From: Thermodesulfobacteriota bacterium
GTDB taxonomy: Bacteria > Desulfobacterota_D > UBA1144 > Nemesobacterales > Mycalebacteriaceae
Reading direction: 5' to 3'
Assembly: GCA_965198945.1 (NCBI GenBank)
Contig: CBDAQI010000001.1
Location: 160,001-224,000 of the forward strand
DNA: 64,000 nt
Positions 41,378 to 52,511 of the stretch are shown in pieces. The notes beneath the pieces were generated by a model. It was given only the letters and a program-made list of their open reading frames with translations, did no database searches and was not told the origin of the DNA. Numbering within the stretch: the first letter of the stretch is position 1; each line of letters begins with the position of its first letter. Position numbers and translations under genes: made by a program.

Positions 41378-42307
41378 TTAATTCCCGTCCGTTCTTTTTC
41401 GTCCGTAACATGCGTTAATGGTTGCCCCACCTTTTTTAGAAAAGGCGTCCGCAAGCGTTCCAAAAGCGGCAAGGGGAAAGAGAATGACCGCCAGTATAAG
41501 ATTCCATGTGTCAAGCATTTTGAGTTTGTTCCCGGTCAAGCCGAAAGTCCACCCTCTTTTTTTGCGATAATACAGGTAGTTGTGCCGTCTGTTGAAAAAA
41601 TTCAGCAAACCTTGAAGCCAGCAAAAGCCCGAATATGGAAACGAGAAGCTCATCTTTTCAGCTCGGAAGCCCATCTTCGCCATATACAGATTCAATGATT
41701 TGACGGAAAATTGCTGCAGGTGGTTTGCAACATCAAAGTAAGGGTATCTTTCACCAAATATTCCGTAGGCGAAAGAGTTTTCATTTGGAACCGAGATAAC
41801 GACCTTTCCGTCTGGGTTCAATTTTTTGAAAATTTCCGGCATCTCTTTTTTCAGAAAATCACGGCTGAAATGTTCAAGCGTGTGCCATATAGTTATCGCC
41901 GAGTATCCCGACCCCAGATCCGCAATATCTGCAACAACCCGCACACCGAGCTCTTTGATGGCAAATTCGACGCATTCGGGGGTGATTTCCAAACCTTCGG
42001 CTTTTAGAAAGTCAGCTTTTACCCTAAACAGAAATCCTCCGCTTCCGGCTCCTATATCCAGTAGTTTTTCACGCTCATTAACGTTGCTTAATAAAAAATT
42101 GCGTTTGTATTCCGACAGAGCGGAGGTTTTTGCCGCTTTTTGGGAATCAAGATTTTCATTGATGATTTTTCCGCTTTTCCCCTCATCTTTCAAAACGGCA
42201 TGACCGCAGGATTGACACTTCAGATAGTCGGTCGTAACTCCTTTCCCGAGGATTCCGCCACAAATAAAGCAGTTTTGGTTAACGAAAGTTTTCAAAAAGT
42301 TTACCAA
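41378..42307 (-). CDS. Class I SAM-dependent methyltransferase with N-terminal Zn-binding Cys pairs
   Basis: CFICG, CQSCG, LDIGAGSG, WHTLEH, ISVPN. Confidence 0.85.
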   Translation of the reverse strand: MVNFLKTFVNQNCFICGGILGKGVTTDYLKCQSCGHAVLKDEGKSGKIINENLDSQKAAKTSALSEYKRNFLLSNVNEREKLLDIGAGSGGFLFRVKADFLKAEGLEITPECVEFAIKELGVRVVADIADLGSGYSAITIWHTLEHFSRDFLKKEMPEIFKKLNPDGKVVISVPNENSFAYGIFGERYPYFDVANHLQQFSVKSLNLYMAKMGFRAEKMSFSFPYSGFCWLQGLLNFFNRRHNYLYYRKKRGWTFGLTGNKLKMLDTWNLILAVILFPLAAFGTLADAFSKKGGATINACYGRKRTDGN

Positions 42308-43969
42308 ATATGCCGATGCGTTTTGATCTGGGTAAGATTGAAGTTGCCATCAGCAAAACCTTTAATTTCCATCCGAGAAAAACAAAACTGTGCCCTTTTT
42401 TTACAGCCGTCTCAATTTTTTCCGCCACGAATTCGGGAGTCATAAGAGTCTTTCCGTCATTCAAAACTTTTACACCCGCATTTTTCTGAAATTGAGTGAG
42501 AGTTCCCGATGGCGAAAATGTAATTACTTTGTTAGTTTTTCTTGTTTCATATGTCAGGGATTCGGACCAGTTGACCACAAACGCCTTTGAAGAAGAGTAG
42601 ATTGACATGAAAGGCAGCGGCGCGTAAGCCACATTGCTTGCCACATTCACTATTGTTGAATGACTTTTTTGAAGTTGTTTCAGAAGTCTTTTGACAATGA
42701 GAACCGGGGCTTTGATGTTCACATCAATCATTGAAAGAATTTGCTTTTCGTCCAGCGATTCAACGCCGCCTCTGAAACCTGTTCCGGCATTGTTAACCAG
42801 AACTTTTATTCTTGATTTGCTCAGTTTTTCAATTCAAAGTTTTATTTTGTTTTCGTTTGACAAATCGGTTTGTGACCATTGGGCTTCGGGAAATTTTTCC
42901 CGTATGTTCTCCACATTTTTGTCAACAAGAAACAATTTTCCGCCTTCTCCTCTATCGTAAACACGCTGAGCCAGAGCAAACCCTATTCCGCTGTTGGCTC
43001 CGGTAATGACCCATAATCCATTAATTTCTGGGTTGTCAGCCACAACTTCTTCAATGCCGTCTTCAAAAGCCGTGGTTTTTGGCAACTGAAAATCCGTGTG
43101 GTAATCGGGATCCGAAGCTCGGAGATAGTCAATGAAGAGATTGCTGATTTGAAGCGGCAGCAGGGGGTAAATTCTTGATGTCAGGAAACGGAAAGACGGG
43201 ACGAAAATCTGTGAAATTTTTTATCAAGAACTTTTGAAGCAATTATTTTGAAAATCTCTCCGATGCTTCTGCTTTCCGTTTCGGCAAAATATGTTTTGCC
43301 GATGATTTTTTCATTGCCTATAGCATTCATCATAGATTCAATAAGTTCTGAGACATGAATTAGAGAGACCCTGCCCGGAAAATTCAATTTATAGACTCTG
43401 GAGCCTTTTGCCACCATTGTCACAAAAGCCTGAATGTGGCTTTTTGCTCTCATGCCTGCACCATAGACCCAAGTGGGACGGATAATTGTGAATGGTATTC
43501 CGGATGAGCGGATATATTTTTCCGCATTGAGTTTTGAAACTCCATAGGAGGAACGAGGACTTGGTTTGCTTTGTACATTTAGGGGTTCGCTACACCTGTC
43601 AGAATTTTCCCTGTCCACGGCTCCTATTGTGCTCAGAAAAACAAAGTTTTTCACTCTGCTCAACTTTAAGATATCAACTATTTTCTGTGTTGGCTTCAGA
43701 TTGACCGCATCGTAATCAGAGCGGCTTGAATATACCGCGTTGGCGCCTATGTGAAAAACGTAGTCGCATTTTACCAAAATATCGGAATGATCCTCAATTT
43801 GCTCAAGTGTTCCTTGAATATACTCAATGGATTCCAATTTGGTTTCGGGCATGTTTCTGACAAGACAATATATTTTCGCACTATCTCCGTATTTTTTAAT
43901 CAGTTCGGTTAAAAAATGTGAACCGATGAAGCCTGTGGAACCCGTTATAAATATCTTCATTGATGGCAT
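42279..43969 (-). pseudogene. Extended-SDR (epimerase/dehydratase) fused to a classical SDR, with two frameshifts
   Basis: ITGSTGFIG...YGVSK, then an open linker to ITGANSGIG, VNNAG and YSSSK in shifted frames (shifts at ~43210 and ~42835). Confidence 0.7.
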
Positions 43970-44009
43970 CAGATTTGGCGGACTCTATATAAGTTTTGGA
44001 GATTATATA

Positions 44010-45815
44010 TTATAACTGAAGACCGGAGGTTTTGTTTCTCGCCAAAATACGATAAAGATTCCTTTCCCTGACTATTTCATAGTCGCTTCTTTTGAAAAAA
44101 AAGTGTCTGAAGGCGTCTTTTTGATTGCCCAAAGGGACAAAAATCACTCCTTTTCGTAACTCTTTATTGGCAAATTCAAAAAAGTTATGTCTTTTTCGTG
44201 CTTCTGACGGGAGATTGAAAATAAATATTCTTTTCCGGCTCTCTCTAACTGCATAAAATTCAAATACAATATCGGGCAGGTTTTCTTCGTGCGAGTAAAA
44301 ATCCATATATATCTTCCTTAATTTACCTGGGTGCATGAACAGAGACTTTGTCATTGGCTTGAGCTCAGAAAAAAGATATCCGGCCGGAAAGTGGTCATAA
44401 AATAAAACGGATTCCCTTCCCTTTGAAAAATCATCAATGTCTTGCTGAATCTGTGTTATGAAATTTACTCTTCCTTCGGTTGTTATAAGCCCTGCGAACG
44501 GACCGGTTTTAATTCTGGTGTCCAGTTCCGTAACGACATCATCTCTGTACATGTAAGTGTAGTTTGAGTAGACTATACTTCCACCGAAACTCAGGCAGAT
44601 AAGAAAAACAAAAAGACGGGAACGCTCTCCTCCTAATCGGAATAGATTTTTATTTTTTTGGATCAGCAGTGAGAAGAAGATTATACTTGCTATCGCTCCC
44701 GGATAAAAACCGATCGCTGCATTTGGCAACCCGTTACCACTGGTCCATGCCATAGAAAATCCACCAATTATAGAGACGGAAAAAACAGCCGCAAGTTCAA
44801 GGTGAAATCTTTCTCTCAAACTGAAATAAATCAGTAGCGGGGCAACCGCGGTCGTGTAAAAAACTAACAGAGAATGAGACTTAACGAAACTCTCAAAGGA
44901 TTTCGTTTCTTGGGTAATGAATGGAAACAGAACAAAAACCCACGGGAAGCAAAACCATCTGGTTTTGTGAAAGGCAAAACCCACCGCGGCAAGAAACCCG
45001 AACTTCCACAAATCTGGAAACCATTGAATGTATTTGTATACCACCATCGTGATGATTTTGAGTAATCCAAATCCGGTGAAATTTCCTGAAAATTCAATGG
45101 AGAATTTAAGGTTTTCAATTCCGAAACTCAGAAGTAGCAATGTCCCGGCAACGCAGACAATAAATATACCTAGAGTCAGATTTGCCAGGAAGGGTTTTTG
45201 ATTAATGTTTTTGCTCTTCAAATAAAGGTAGGAGGCAATATAAAAAGCCGCCGTTGCAAATGTCAAAGTCGGATAGGAAAAAACTCCCAAGCCAAGCAGT
45301 ATGCCCACGGCAAGGAGCTTCTTTTCGGATTTTTCAGTGAGTGCGGCGGCCCACAGAAAGAGAGCCGACAGAAGACAGACATAGGCGATATTATTGTAGT
45401 ACAATTCAGGAAAACCGAAAGGAATATAGGAGAAGGTTGTTGAGGAGATAAGAATCGCAAAAGGACGGGAGACAAGATTCTTTGAAAATAAATAAACACA
45501 AAAACTTGCCCCGATAGATAGAACGATAAAAATATGACGGGCGAACAGAGCAATACCCTCATTTTCCATCAATTCGTGATAAACATAAAATAAAGGTCTA
45601 AATAAAAGGGCCCCACTTTGTTGCATAAACAGATCGTTCACGAAGGGTTTAAAGCCGATAAAGGGCCCGTATAGCCAGCCCAAAGCTTGTGCCTCATCTG
45701 AAAAATCAACCCCGAAGTATATGCGGTAGTATGTCGCGGCAACCAAGACCACGGAGACCAGATAAAATAAAACCTCTATAATTTTAATTTGAGACGGTTT
45801 TTCATTCGATTTCAT
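44010..45815 (-). CDS. Polytopic membrane protein, GT-C-fold glycosyltransferase-like
   Basis: TM1 followed by GVDFSDEA (DE in first loop), many TMs and a soluble C-terminal domain. Confidence 0.6.
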   Translation of the reverse strand: MKSNEKPSQIKIIEVLFYLVSVVLVAATYYRIYFGVDFSDEAQALGWLYGPFIGFKPFVNDLFMQQSGALLFRPLFYVYHELMENEGIALFARHIFIVLSIGASFCVYLFSKNLVSRPFAILISSTTFSYIPFGFPELYYNNIAYVCLLSALFLWAAALTEKSEKKLLAVGILLGLGVFSYPTLTFATAAFYIASYLYLKSKNINQKPFLANLTLGIFIVCVAGTLLLLSFGIENLKFSIEFSGNFTGFGLLKIITMVVYKYIQWFPDLWKFGFLAAVGFAFHKTRWFCFPWVFVLFPFITQETKSFESFVKSHSLLVFYTTAVAPLLIYFSLRERFHLELAAVFSVSIIGGFSMAWTSGNGLPNAAIGFYPGAIASIIFFSLLIQKNKNLFRLGGERSRLFVFLICLSFGGSIVYSNYTYMYRDDVVTELDTRIKTGPFAGLITTEGRVNFITQIQQDIDDFSKGRESVLFYDHFPAGYLFSELKPMTKSLFMHPGKLRKIYMDFYSHEENLPDIVFEFYAVRESRKRIFIFNLPSEARKRHNFFEFANKELRKGVIFVPLGNQKDAFRHFFFKRSDYEIVRERNLYRILARNKTSGLQL

Positions 45816-45949
45816 TAGAGCAGAGGATTGTTTGCGACTTTATAATAGTTTATAAGTATCAGATAGGATTTTGACTTTGTCAAGATGTCTTTTATACAGA
45901 ATAGAGTTGATAAAAAGTCATGCTTAACAGTAAAATAATAGGATTAACC

Positions 45950-46888
45950 ATGAAGAAAATATCTATAATTTCTCCCGCTTTTAATGAAGAGAAAAACCTT
46001 CCTGGAGTTCATGCCGAATTGGTTCCCGTGCTTGAAAGTCTGGAGATGGAATGGGAATGGATAATAATTGATGACCATTCAAGCGATTCAACGCCTGAAA
46101 TTATAAAGCGGTTCGCCGAGTCAGATTCAAGAATAAAAGGGCTTCGAATGGCGAAGAACCAAGGTCCTCACGTGGCCGGTCTTTTGGGTCTTCAAAAGGC
46201 GGCGGGGGGTTGTGCGGTAATTTTTGCCGCCGACGGACAGGACCCTCCTGAATATATTCCCCGTCTTGTGAATAAGGTGAAAAAAGGTACACATAAGGTT
46301 TTGTGGGTTACCCGTGAAGAAGGCAGGGAAGACCCTTTTTTTAAGCGCTTTATGGCGAAACTTTACTATCTATTAATGCGCCGTGTGATTAGAATTTCTT
46401 CCATTTCTCCAAGCGGTGGAGATATGGTGCTTATTGACGGTGCGGTTTTGAAAGAATTACGTAAATTTGTTGGAAAAAACATCAATTTAATAATTGCGAT
46501 TGCGGAAATAGGTTTCCCTCAAACAAGTATTCCGGGCAAGAAACGCTCCAGAATTCACGGCAAAAGTAATTTTACTTTCTCAAAGAATTTCAATCTGCTT
46601 TTTGACACCATTACTTCACATTCGGTCATGCCGTTGAGAGTGATGACTTTTCTGGGTTTTTCCACGGCTTTTCTGGGTTTTCTTTACGGCATCAATATCG
46701 TTGTCGCGAAGCTGAATGGTATACCGGCTGAAGGTTGGTCATCACTTGTTCTAACGGTTCTTATGCTCGGTGGAGTTCAGATGATTATGCTCGGTGTGAT
46801 AGGGGAATATCTGTGGCGGACTCTTGAAAACACGAGGAAGCGGCCGGTTGTTGTAGAATATGAAATCGGCGATTGGGGAGGAAACTAA
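45950..46888 (+). CDS. GT2 polyprenol-phosphate glycosyltransferase (GtrB/ArnC-like)
   Basis: ISPAFNEE, DDHSSD, AADGQDPP, two C-terminal TMs, GEYLWR. Confidence 0.9.
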   Translation: MKKISIISPAFNEEKNLPGVHAELVPVLESLEMEWEWIIIDDHSSDSTPEIIKRFAESDSRIKGLRMAKNQGPHVAGLLGLQKAAGGCAVIFAADGQDPPEYIPRLVNKVKKGTHKVLWVTREEGREDPFFKRFMAKLYYLLMRRVIRISSISPSGGDMVLIDGAVLKELRKFVGKNINLIIAIAEIGFPQTSIPGKKRSRIHGKSNFTFSKNFNLLFDTITSHSVMPLRVMTFLGFSTAFLGFLYGINIVVAKLNGIPAEGWSSLVLTVLMLGGVQMIMLGVIGEYLWRTLENTRKRPVVVEYEIGDWGGN

Positions 46889-46893
46889 AAGAC

Positions 46894-47614
46894 ATGAAAT
46901 AAAGCAGAGAATTTACAGGCATTGTAAGGTTTTTAATGGACGAATTGCTTCCACCCATCTTGAGAGATAACAGACTGTTTATGAATTTTGCAGCAAGAGC
47001 TCTTTTTAAGGATATTGATATCATTGACTTTAAAGAAATTTCTTCAAATGGTCTGATGCGGAATTGATTAGATTCTATAAAAATTGGGATTCTCAATTTT
47101 CAAGACAAACTGACTTAAACAAGTCATGTTTTCAGAGAATACTAAATAATGTATTGGGAAAAAATATTTTGGAAGTTGGTTGCGGAAAGGGTTTGTTGTG
47201 TCTTTCACTTGCTGACAAATATGAAGTTGTCGCGTGTGATTTCACTGATTTTTCAGGCAGTTTCACCGGAGCAAAAGTTCGGTTTCAAATTGAGAACCTT
47301 GAAAAAGGGTTGTCATTTTCCAATAATGAATTTGATACGGTGGTTTTTGCTCACACGCTTGAGCATATACTCAATATTGATTACGCCATTTCAGAGTTGA
47401 GAAGAGTGGCAAACACAGATTTATCATGGTTGTGCCAAAACAAAGGCCCTACAAATACACACTTGATACCCATCTTCATTTTTTCCCATCTGTGTGCAGT
47501 TTATTAACTCTCATACTAAAAGACTTGAAAGGGCCAAACGAATTAAACAGAAAATGGCAATTAAAACAATTTGGAGGTGATTGGTTTTATATTGAAGATT
47601 TTCCGGCTACTTAA
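46894..47614 (+). pseudogene. Class I SAM-dependent methyltransferase pseudogene
   Basis: ATG AAA TAA then SREFTGIVRFLMDELLPPILRD; frameshifts to ILEVGCGKG/HTLEH and to VVPKQRPYKYTLDTHLHFF. Confidence 0.75.
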
Positions 47615-47631
47615 AGAGTGTCTAAATGGCT

Positions 47632-48579
47632 TTAAAGATGTGAATTTATAAAGGCTTGATTTTCTGAAACCCATCTCCACACTCTTTCAATTCCCCCGTC
47701 AAGGCTGACCAGCGGTTTCCAGCCAAGTATTTCCCCAGCGAGCGAATTATCAAGAAAAATTCTGTCAACATCGCCGCTTTTTCTGTTCGCTCTTACGGTT
47801 TGAACCTTTTTGCCCGACACACTGCTCAGGCAGTCAATAATTTCGTTGACCGAGATTTCTTTTCCCGTGCAGATATTGAAAATACCACCCGGTTTTCCAA
47901 CGCAAAGAGCGTTTGCGCTAGCCACATCGGAGCAATGGACATAGTCTCTAGTCTGCTCCCCGTCTCCAAATATGGTTGTTTCCAAGCCTTTTTTATGGTT
48001 TCCGCACAAAATTGCTACAATTCCGGTGGTTCTTTCGGTGTCCTGTCTTTCTCCGTATACATTGGAATATCGCAGCGATGTAAAATCAATTCCTTTCTCC
48101 GACTTGAAAAAACGCAGATAGTTTTCAACACACAGTTTAGCTATCCCGTAAGGGGATTCCGGCTGCAATTTAGTCTGTTCGTCTACGGGCAGTTTATAAG
48201 TATTCCCGTAGACTGCACAGGTTGAGGCAAAGATGAATTTTTTTACTCCGTGATTGCCGCAAGTTTTCAGCAGGCTCAGCGAGCCCGCGATATTTATATC
48301 GGCATCATAGGAGGGATCTTTGGCGGAAACCCTATTGTCTATCTGCGCCGCGTGGTGATTGACTATATCAGGCTTGAATGACGAGAAAATTTTCTCAAGT
48401 GTGTGTGAGTCTCTTATGTCGCACTTTTCAAATTTTGCTTCCGGTGGGATGTTTTCTTCTTTTCCCGTTGATAAATCATCAACTATTAAAACTAGGTGGC
48501 CTTTCTTTATGAGTTCACGAGAAATATGGGAGCCTATGAACCCCGCGCCGCCTGTGAGAAGAACTTTTATTTTTTCCAT
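47632..48579 (-). CDS. NAD-dependent epimerase/dehydratase (UDP-glucose 4-epimerase-like)
   Basis: TGGAGFIGSH, HHAAQ, SPYGIAK, LRYSNVYG, GDGEQTRDYV. Confidence 0.92.
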   Translation of the reverse strand: MEKIKVLLTGGAGFIGSHISRELIKKGHLVLIVDDLSTGKEENIPPEAKFEKCDIRDSHTLEKIFSSFKPDIVNHHAAQIDNRVSAKDPSYDADINIAGSLSLLKTCGNHGVKKFIFASTCAVYGNTYKLPVDEQTKLQPESPYGIAKLCVENYLRFFKSEKGIDFTSLRYSNVYGERQDTERTTGIVAILCGNHKKGLETTIFGDGEQTRDYVHCSDVASANALCVGKPGGIFNICTGKEISVNEIIDCLSSVSGKKVQTVRANRKSGDVDRIFLDNSLAGEILGWKPLVSLDGGIERVWRWVSENQAFINSHL

Positions 48580-48584
48580 AATTT

Positions 48585-49526
48585 TTAAAACTTAATTTTG
48601 TATATTCCTTTTAGTGACATTTTCGCTCCGAGCCTTTCTTTGAAACGACCTAAACTGGAGGTCTTTTGAAGTTCAAATGGTGCAGTTCCTAAATCAATTA
48701 AACTGACTCCCGTATCTTTACAACATTTGTAGATGCCATCTGCCAGCATTACCACGGGACTATAGGAGTTAAATTCTGATAAATGACCCCAAAATAGCGT
48801 ATATAAAATTCTGGGGTTCAGCAAAAGGCAAATCGCGCCTGCAATGCCTTTCCCATTTTCTGATACCATATAACACTGAACAGTTTCGGGAAATTTATAA
48901 ATCATAGTTTCCGCTTCAGTCCATGACATTGACAATTTAAAACCTTGTGTTTGGCGATTATTAAGAATTATGTTATAAATCTTCCGACAGTCCGATATTT
49001 CATAAACTCTACTGAAAACAAATCCTGCTTTTTTACATTTTTTGAGTCGTTTGCGGTTGTTGTGAGCCATTTTATCTTTAAGTTCAGAGACATCTACGGA
49101 TATTTGATAGTTGGCAATATTTTCCTGCACCTGGAATCCAAGGTTCTGAAGCGCGGTACGAAGACCCGATGCCCGATTCAGATTATGAGCATCTGGAGGG
49201 CAGACCATGCTTACTTTAGTTGCTCCTTCTGAAAGCAGTTTATTGCAAACCATTTGTAGAAATAACTCAATAACTCCTTCCTCTCCCGCCACAATTGCAG
49301 GGCCTCCATATGTTGCGCGCCTTGGTGACTGAAAATGCCCTTTTTCTATTTCAGAAAAGTGTATGGCACCTATTACCTTGCTATCTTCAGTCCGTTTAAG
49401 AGTAAAATAACGGTCATTTCTCTGCAGGTGTAATTTGAAATAGCGTCTTGTTTGAAATATATCGCACCAAGTGTAATCAGGACCTTCCGGTGATTCAGTC
49501 AATATGTAGCTGCTCGGTTTTTTCAT
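48585..49526 (-). CDS. GNAT/FemAB-like acyltransferase
   Basis: SPRRATYGG, KRLKKC, IDLGTA, LGRFKERLGA C-terminal motif. Confidence 0.65.
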   Translation of the reverse strand: MKKPSSYILTESPEGPDYTWCDIFQTRRYFKLHLQRNDRYFTLKRTEDSKVIGAIHFSEIEKGHFQSPRRATYGGPAIVAGEEGVIELFLQMVCNKLLSEGATKVSMVCPPDAHNLNRASGLRTALQNLGFQVQENIANYQISVDVSELKDKMAHNNRKRLKKCKKAGFVFSRVYEISDCRKIYNIILNNRQTQGFKLSMSWTEAETMIYKFPETVQCYMVSENGKGIAGAICLLLNPRILYTLFWGHLSEFNSYSPVVMLADGIYKCCKDTGVSLIDLGTAPFELQKTSSLGRFKERLGAKMSLKGIYKIKF

Positions 49527-49536
49527 TTGTTCAAAG

Positions 49537-50313
49537 CTAATTTCGAGATTCTACAGATTTTGTTTCCGTCAACCCACAGGGTGTTAATGTTTCTGCAATT
49601 TCAGCTAAAACGTATATGTTTGCGCATAATTCGGGTGGAAAGTCCTGTGAAACAACATTAAAACTTTTGATAATATCCGGAGAAAAATCCAGCATTGAGC
49701 CGTTTGCAAACAATTTGAGAAAATACCCACCCCTGTGCAGAATTTTGAATCCGGATTCTATAAAATCAGATTCTAACTCTTTCAGGCTGTAAACCCGTCT
49801 GTGTCCAACAAGCCTGTCTCTAGGGCTTAAATCGTCAAGATTTTTCTGTAACCCCATTGCGACTCCTACATGGCGATGTAGTGACCCACTATTGGGGACA
49901 ATGGAAAAAATCATACCTTGCGGCTTCAACCAACCTCTTATCATTTTTAGAATTTGCACCGGGCTTTCAACGTGTTCAAGAACATGGTTTGCCAAAATAA
50001 TATCGTACGGTTCTGAGGGAATATAATCTTCAAACAAAGACTCAACAATATTCAATCCCTTTTTTCTTGCTTTTTTTGCCAGTTTTTTCGAGCCTTCAAC
50101 GGTTGTGATGATGCAATTCTGTTTTTGAAGAAACTCTGTAACTATTCCTTCTCCATAACCGAGTTCAAGAACTTTTGCCTCGAGAAAATTCAGATGTTTT
50201 TTCATTATTTCACAACTAAAATCTTGTTGAATGTCTTCAATAAATATATCAGGAATATTTTTTGAGTTGTGATATTCATCGGCAATTTTGTCAAGTTCTT
50301 CAACAAGTAACAT
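49537..50313 (-). CDS. Class I SAM-dependent methyltransferase
   Basis: VLELGYGEG, HVLEHV, VPNSGSLHR, GHRRVY. Confidence 0.9.
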   Translation of the reverse strand: MLLVEELDKIADEYHNSKNIPDIFIEDIQQDFSCEIMKKHLNFLEAKVLELGYGEGIVTEFLQKQNCIITTVEGSKKLAKKARKKGLNIVESLFEDYIPSEPYDIILANHVLEHVESPVQILKMIRGWLKPQGMIFSIVPNSGSLHRHVGVAMGLQKNLDDLSPRDRLVGHRRVYSLKELESDFIESGFKILHRGGYFLKLFANGSMLDFSPDIIKSFNVVSQDFPPELCANIYVLAEIAETLTPCGLTETKSVESRN

Positions 50314-51719
50314 TATAGACCCTCCAGAATTGAATTTGCAGCTTTAATTCCCTGAATAATTTGATCGTTGAAGGAGGTGGAGGAAAAACCTCCCGCACCT
50401 CCTATTGACAAATTGGCATGGATTTTATTTGCAAAAAGTTTTTCTAAATTTTCATATTTTTGATAATTTTTTGGAGTGGGAAGAATCAGAGCTCTTTTGA
50501 AGTGTTTCAAATTTCCCTTCTTTGGTGAAACTCCGCGTCGAACAATTTTTAAGTCAACAAGTATTTCAAAGAAATTTTCCGGGGTATTATCACACGAAAG
50601 ATTGTCAGTGTTGAACTCCATGCAAATACGGTTTGTCTCCGAATTTTTTCCGGCACAGTAATCAAATTGAGTGATTCTGTAGCAAGGGGTTTTGCTGTCC
50701 AAGATGAAAGCCGTACTGAATTTTTCTATCATATCGCTTGATTCAATTTCAAAAAAGGCGCATGTGATGTTTGCTGCGTTAAAAGGCTGTGTGGTAACAC
50801 CGGTCGCACGGGCCAGTTTTGTCCAGTCACTTGCCCAAACAAAATTTTCAGGACGAATTTCATCACCGTTTTCAAGGGTGATGACAACGGAATCCCAAAA
50901 TTTAATTCCATTGACAGCTATGGGGGAGATTTCCAAAGCTGTACTTCTCCTAATTCTGTGTGCCAGAACGTTTATTGGCTCTGCCGAATTACCGCTTGCA
51001 GGATAGTAAAAGTTTACTTTGAGAACGGGTTGTGGATTTTTTGAAAAATAGGATTGAATTGTTTCAGGGTAAAATACTGGTAGCCACGCCAAACGGTGGT
51101 AATAAGCCATAAGACGTTTGCTGGGAAGGTTAGTTATTTTTCTACAAAGTGGCTCTATAAACTCTTCATGAAAAACATTGCCGTGATTTGCCCGCGAAAC
51201 TTTTTCAAGGTCCGCCTCTATGAATGCCTGCGAACTGTTCTTGTTGGCGGCGTGTAGTTCCTCAGGAGTTTTCAATTTTCGGAAATCTTCTGCGAGCCTT
51301 TTTTGAAGAGATAGATGCAGTTTTGTCAGACTTTCAAAGCGGTCGGAGATAATAAAATCTTCATACCATTTTCCTTCTATATACATTTTCGGAGTTGCAG
51401 TTTTCACTATTTTCACACCAAGCTCTTTCTCTATGTATTTTCTAATATGGCTCACGAAACGTCCCGAATCATTTTTAATTTTTGGATCGTAGCTTTCAAT
51501 GTGCGCGTCAGGTTCGTTTCTGTAAGCGGAGAACTCCAGAAAATTCATTCCAATGTCGTAATGAACGTCATCAATTTCTATTCCGCCAAAGTGACCTCCG
51601 ATAAAGTTGCTTGGGGACAGCACCAAGACTTCTTCCCCTGCGGCAATCAGCCGCTCGCCGCAAACAAGAGCCGCAACGCTGTTACCGCAAATCAGATTTT
51701 TTATTTTTTTTATAGACAA
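50313..51719 (-). CDS. Putative FAD/NAD(P)-binding oxidoreductase (divergent; protoporphyrinogen oxidase/Glf-like fold)
   Basis: Degenerate dinucleotide-binding start LICGNSVAAL...IGGHF...YDIG, FYYPASG, YRIT. Confidence 0.55.
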   Translation of the reverse strand: MSIKKIKNLICGNSVAALVCGERLIAAGEEVLVLSPSNFIGGHFGGIEIDDVHYDIGMNFLEFSAYRNEPDAHIESYDPKIKNDSGRFVSHIRKYIEKELGVKIVKTATPKMYIEGKWYEDFIISDRFESLTKLHLSLQKRLAEDFRKLKTPEELHAANKNSSQAFIEADLEKVSRANHGNVFHEEFIEPLCRKITNLPSKRLMAYYHRLAWLPVFYPETIQSYFSKNPQPVLKVNFYYPASGNSAEPINVLAHRIRRSTALEISPIAVNGIKFWDSVVITLENGDEIRPENFVWASDWTKLARATGVTTQPFNAANITCAFFEIESSDMIEKFSTAFILDSKTPCYRITQFDYCAGKNSETNRICMEFNTDNLSCDNTPENFFEILVDLKIVRRGVSPKKGNLKHFKRALILPTPKNYQKYENLEKLFANKIHANLSIGGAGGFSSTSFNDQIIQGIKAANSILEGL

Positions 51720-51721
51720 AG

Positions 51722-52486
51722 TCAGGTTACTTCTAATTGCAGATTGACAAATATCTCGGAGCCGTTTTCCGGCAGGAGATGACTAATTTCATATATTCCG
51801 TTCAAAAACTCTTTGGTTATTTTCCCTTTTTCAAGGAGGTTTTGCATCTGATCGTGGCTTAGGGGTTTGAGAAAATAAGAGCCCTTGTCTCTTATTTTGA
51901 AGCCGTTCTTTTCAGCAAGTTGTGTCAAGTCTGACAAATCATATTCCCGGTTTCTTTGAAATTTGCGGGCTAATTTAGAGGATTCTTTTGTGTGTTTTAA
52001 AATACCCATCTTAACGCCAAGCAGGCGATGTATTGACTTCGCGTTTGGTGTGTTAATATGTATGATTGTATTGTTGTCTGCGATTTCTCGGACAGCTCTG
52101 AAAATAACTTCGGGATTGTTCAACTCATGAATAAGACTACTTATTGCTATGAAATCAAACTTTTTCTCTTTCAGTTCCCCAACTGCATCCTCAAATCTTT
52201 TGTTGATATAGCAAACCTTTTTTCCCAAGCGTTTTTGTATAATGCTGAGAAAATCTTTGACGGGCTCAGCAATTGTAAATTCCGTGAAGTTTTCATAATA
52301 GCCCGCAAGGGAGTCTATGCCACAGCCCACTTCCAATATTTTCCGGGGAGAATAGTTTGCCATAGATTCCAAAATGTTGCGCCTGCGGTATTCAACCATC
52401 TCTTTCTCAAATCCATAGTGGTTTAAGTATTGGTTTTTGTAGTAATTGAGGTCACGACTGTTCATTTGAGCTCTCAGATCGGTCAT
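51722..52486 (-). CDS. Class I SAM-dependent methyltransferase
   Basis: ILEVGCG, LIHEL, TPNAKSIHRLLG, SYFLKP; resembles 49537-50313. Confidence 0.88.
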   Translation of the reverse strand: MTDLRAQMNSRDLNYYKNQYLNHYGFEKEMVEYRRRNILESMANYSPRKILEVGCGIDSLAGYYENFTEFTIAEPVKDFLSIIQKRLGKKVCYINKRFEDAVGELKEKKFDFIAISSLIHELNNPEVIFRAVREIADNNTIIHINTPNAKSIHRLLGVKMGILKHTKESSKLARKFQRNREYDLSDLTQLAEKNGFKIRDKGSYFLKPLSHDQMQNLLEKGKITKEFLNGIYEISHLLPENGSEIFVNLQLEVT

Positions 52487-52511
52487 TTAGCCTTACTAAT
52501 TTAACATACAT

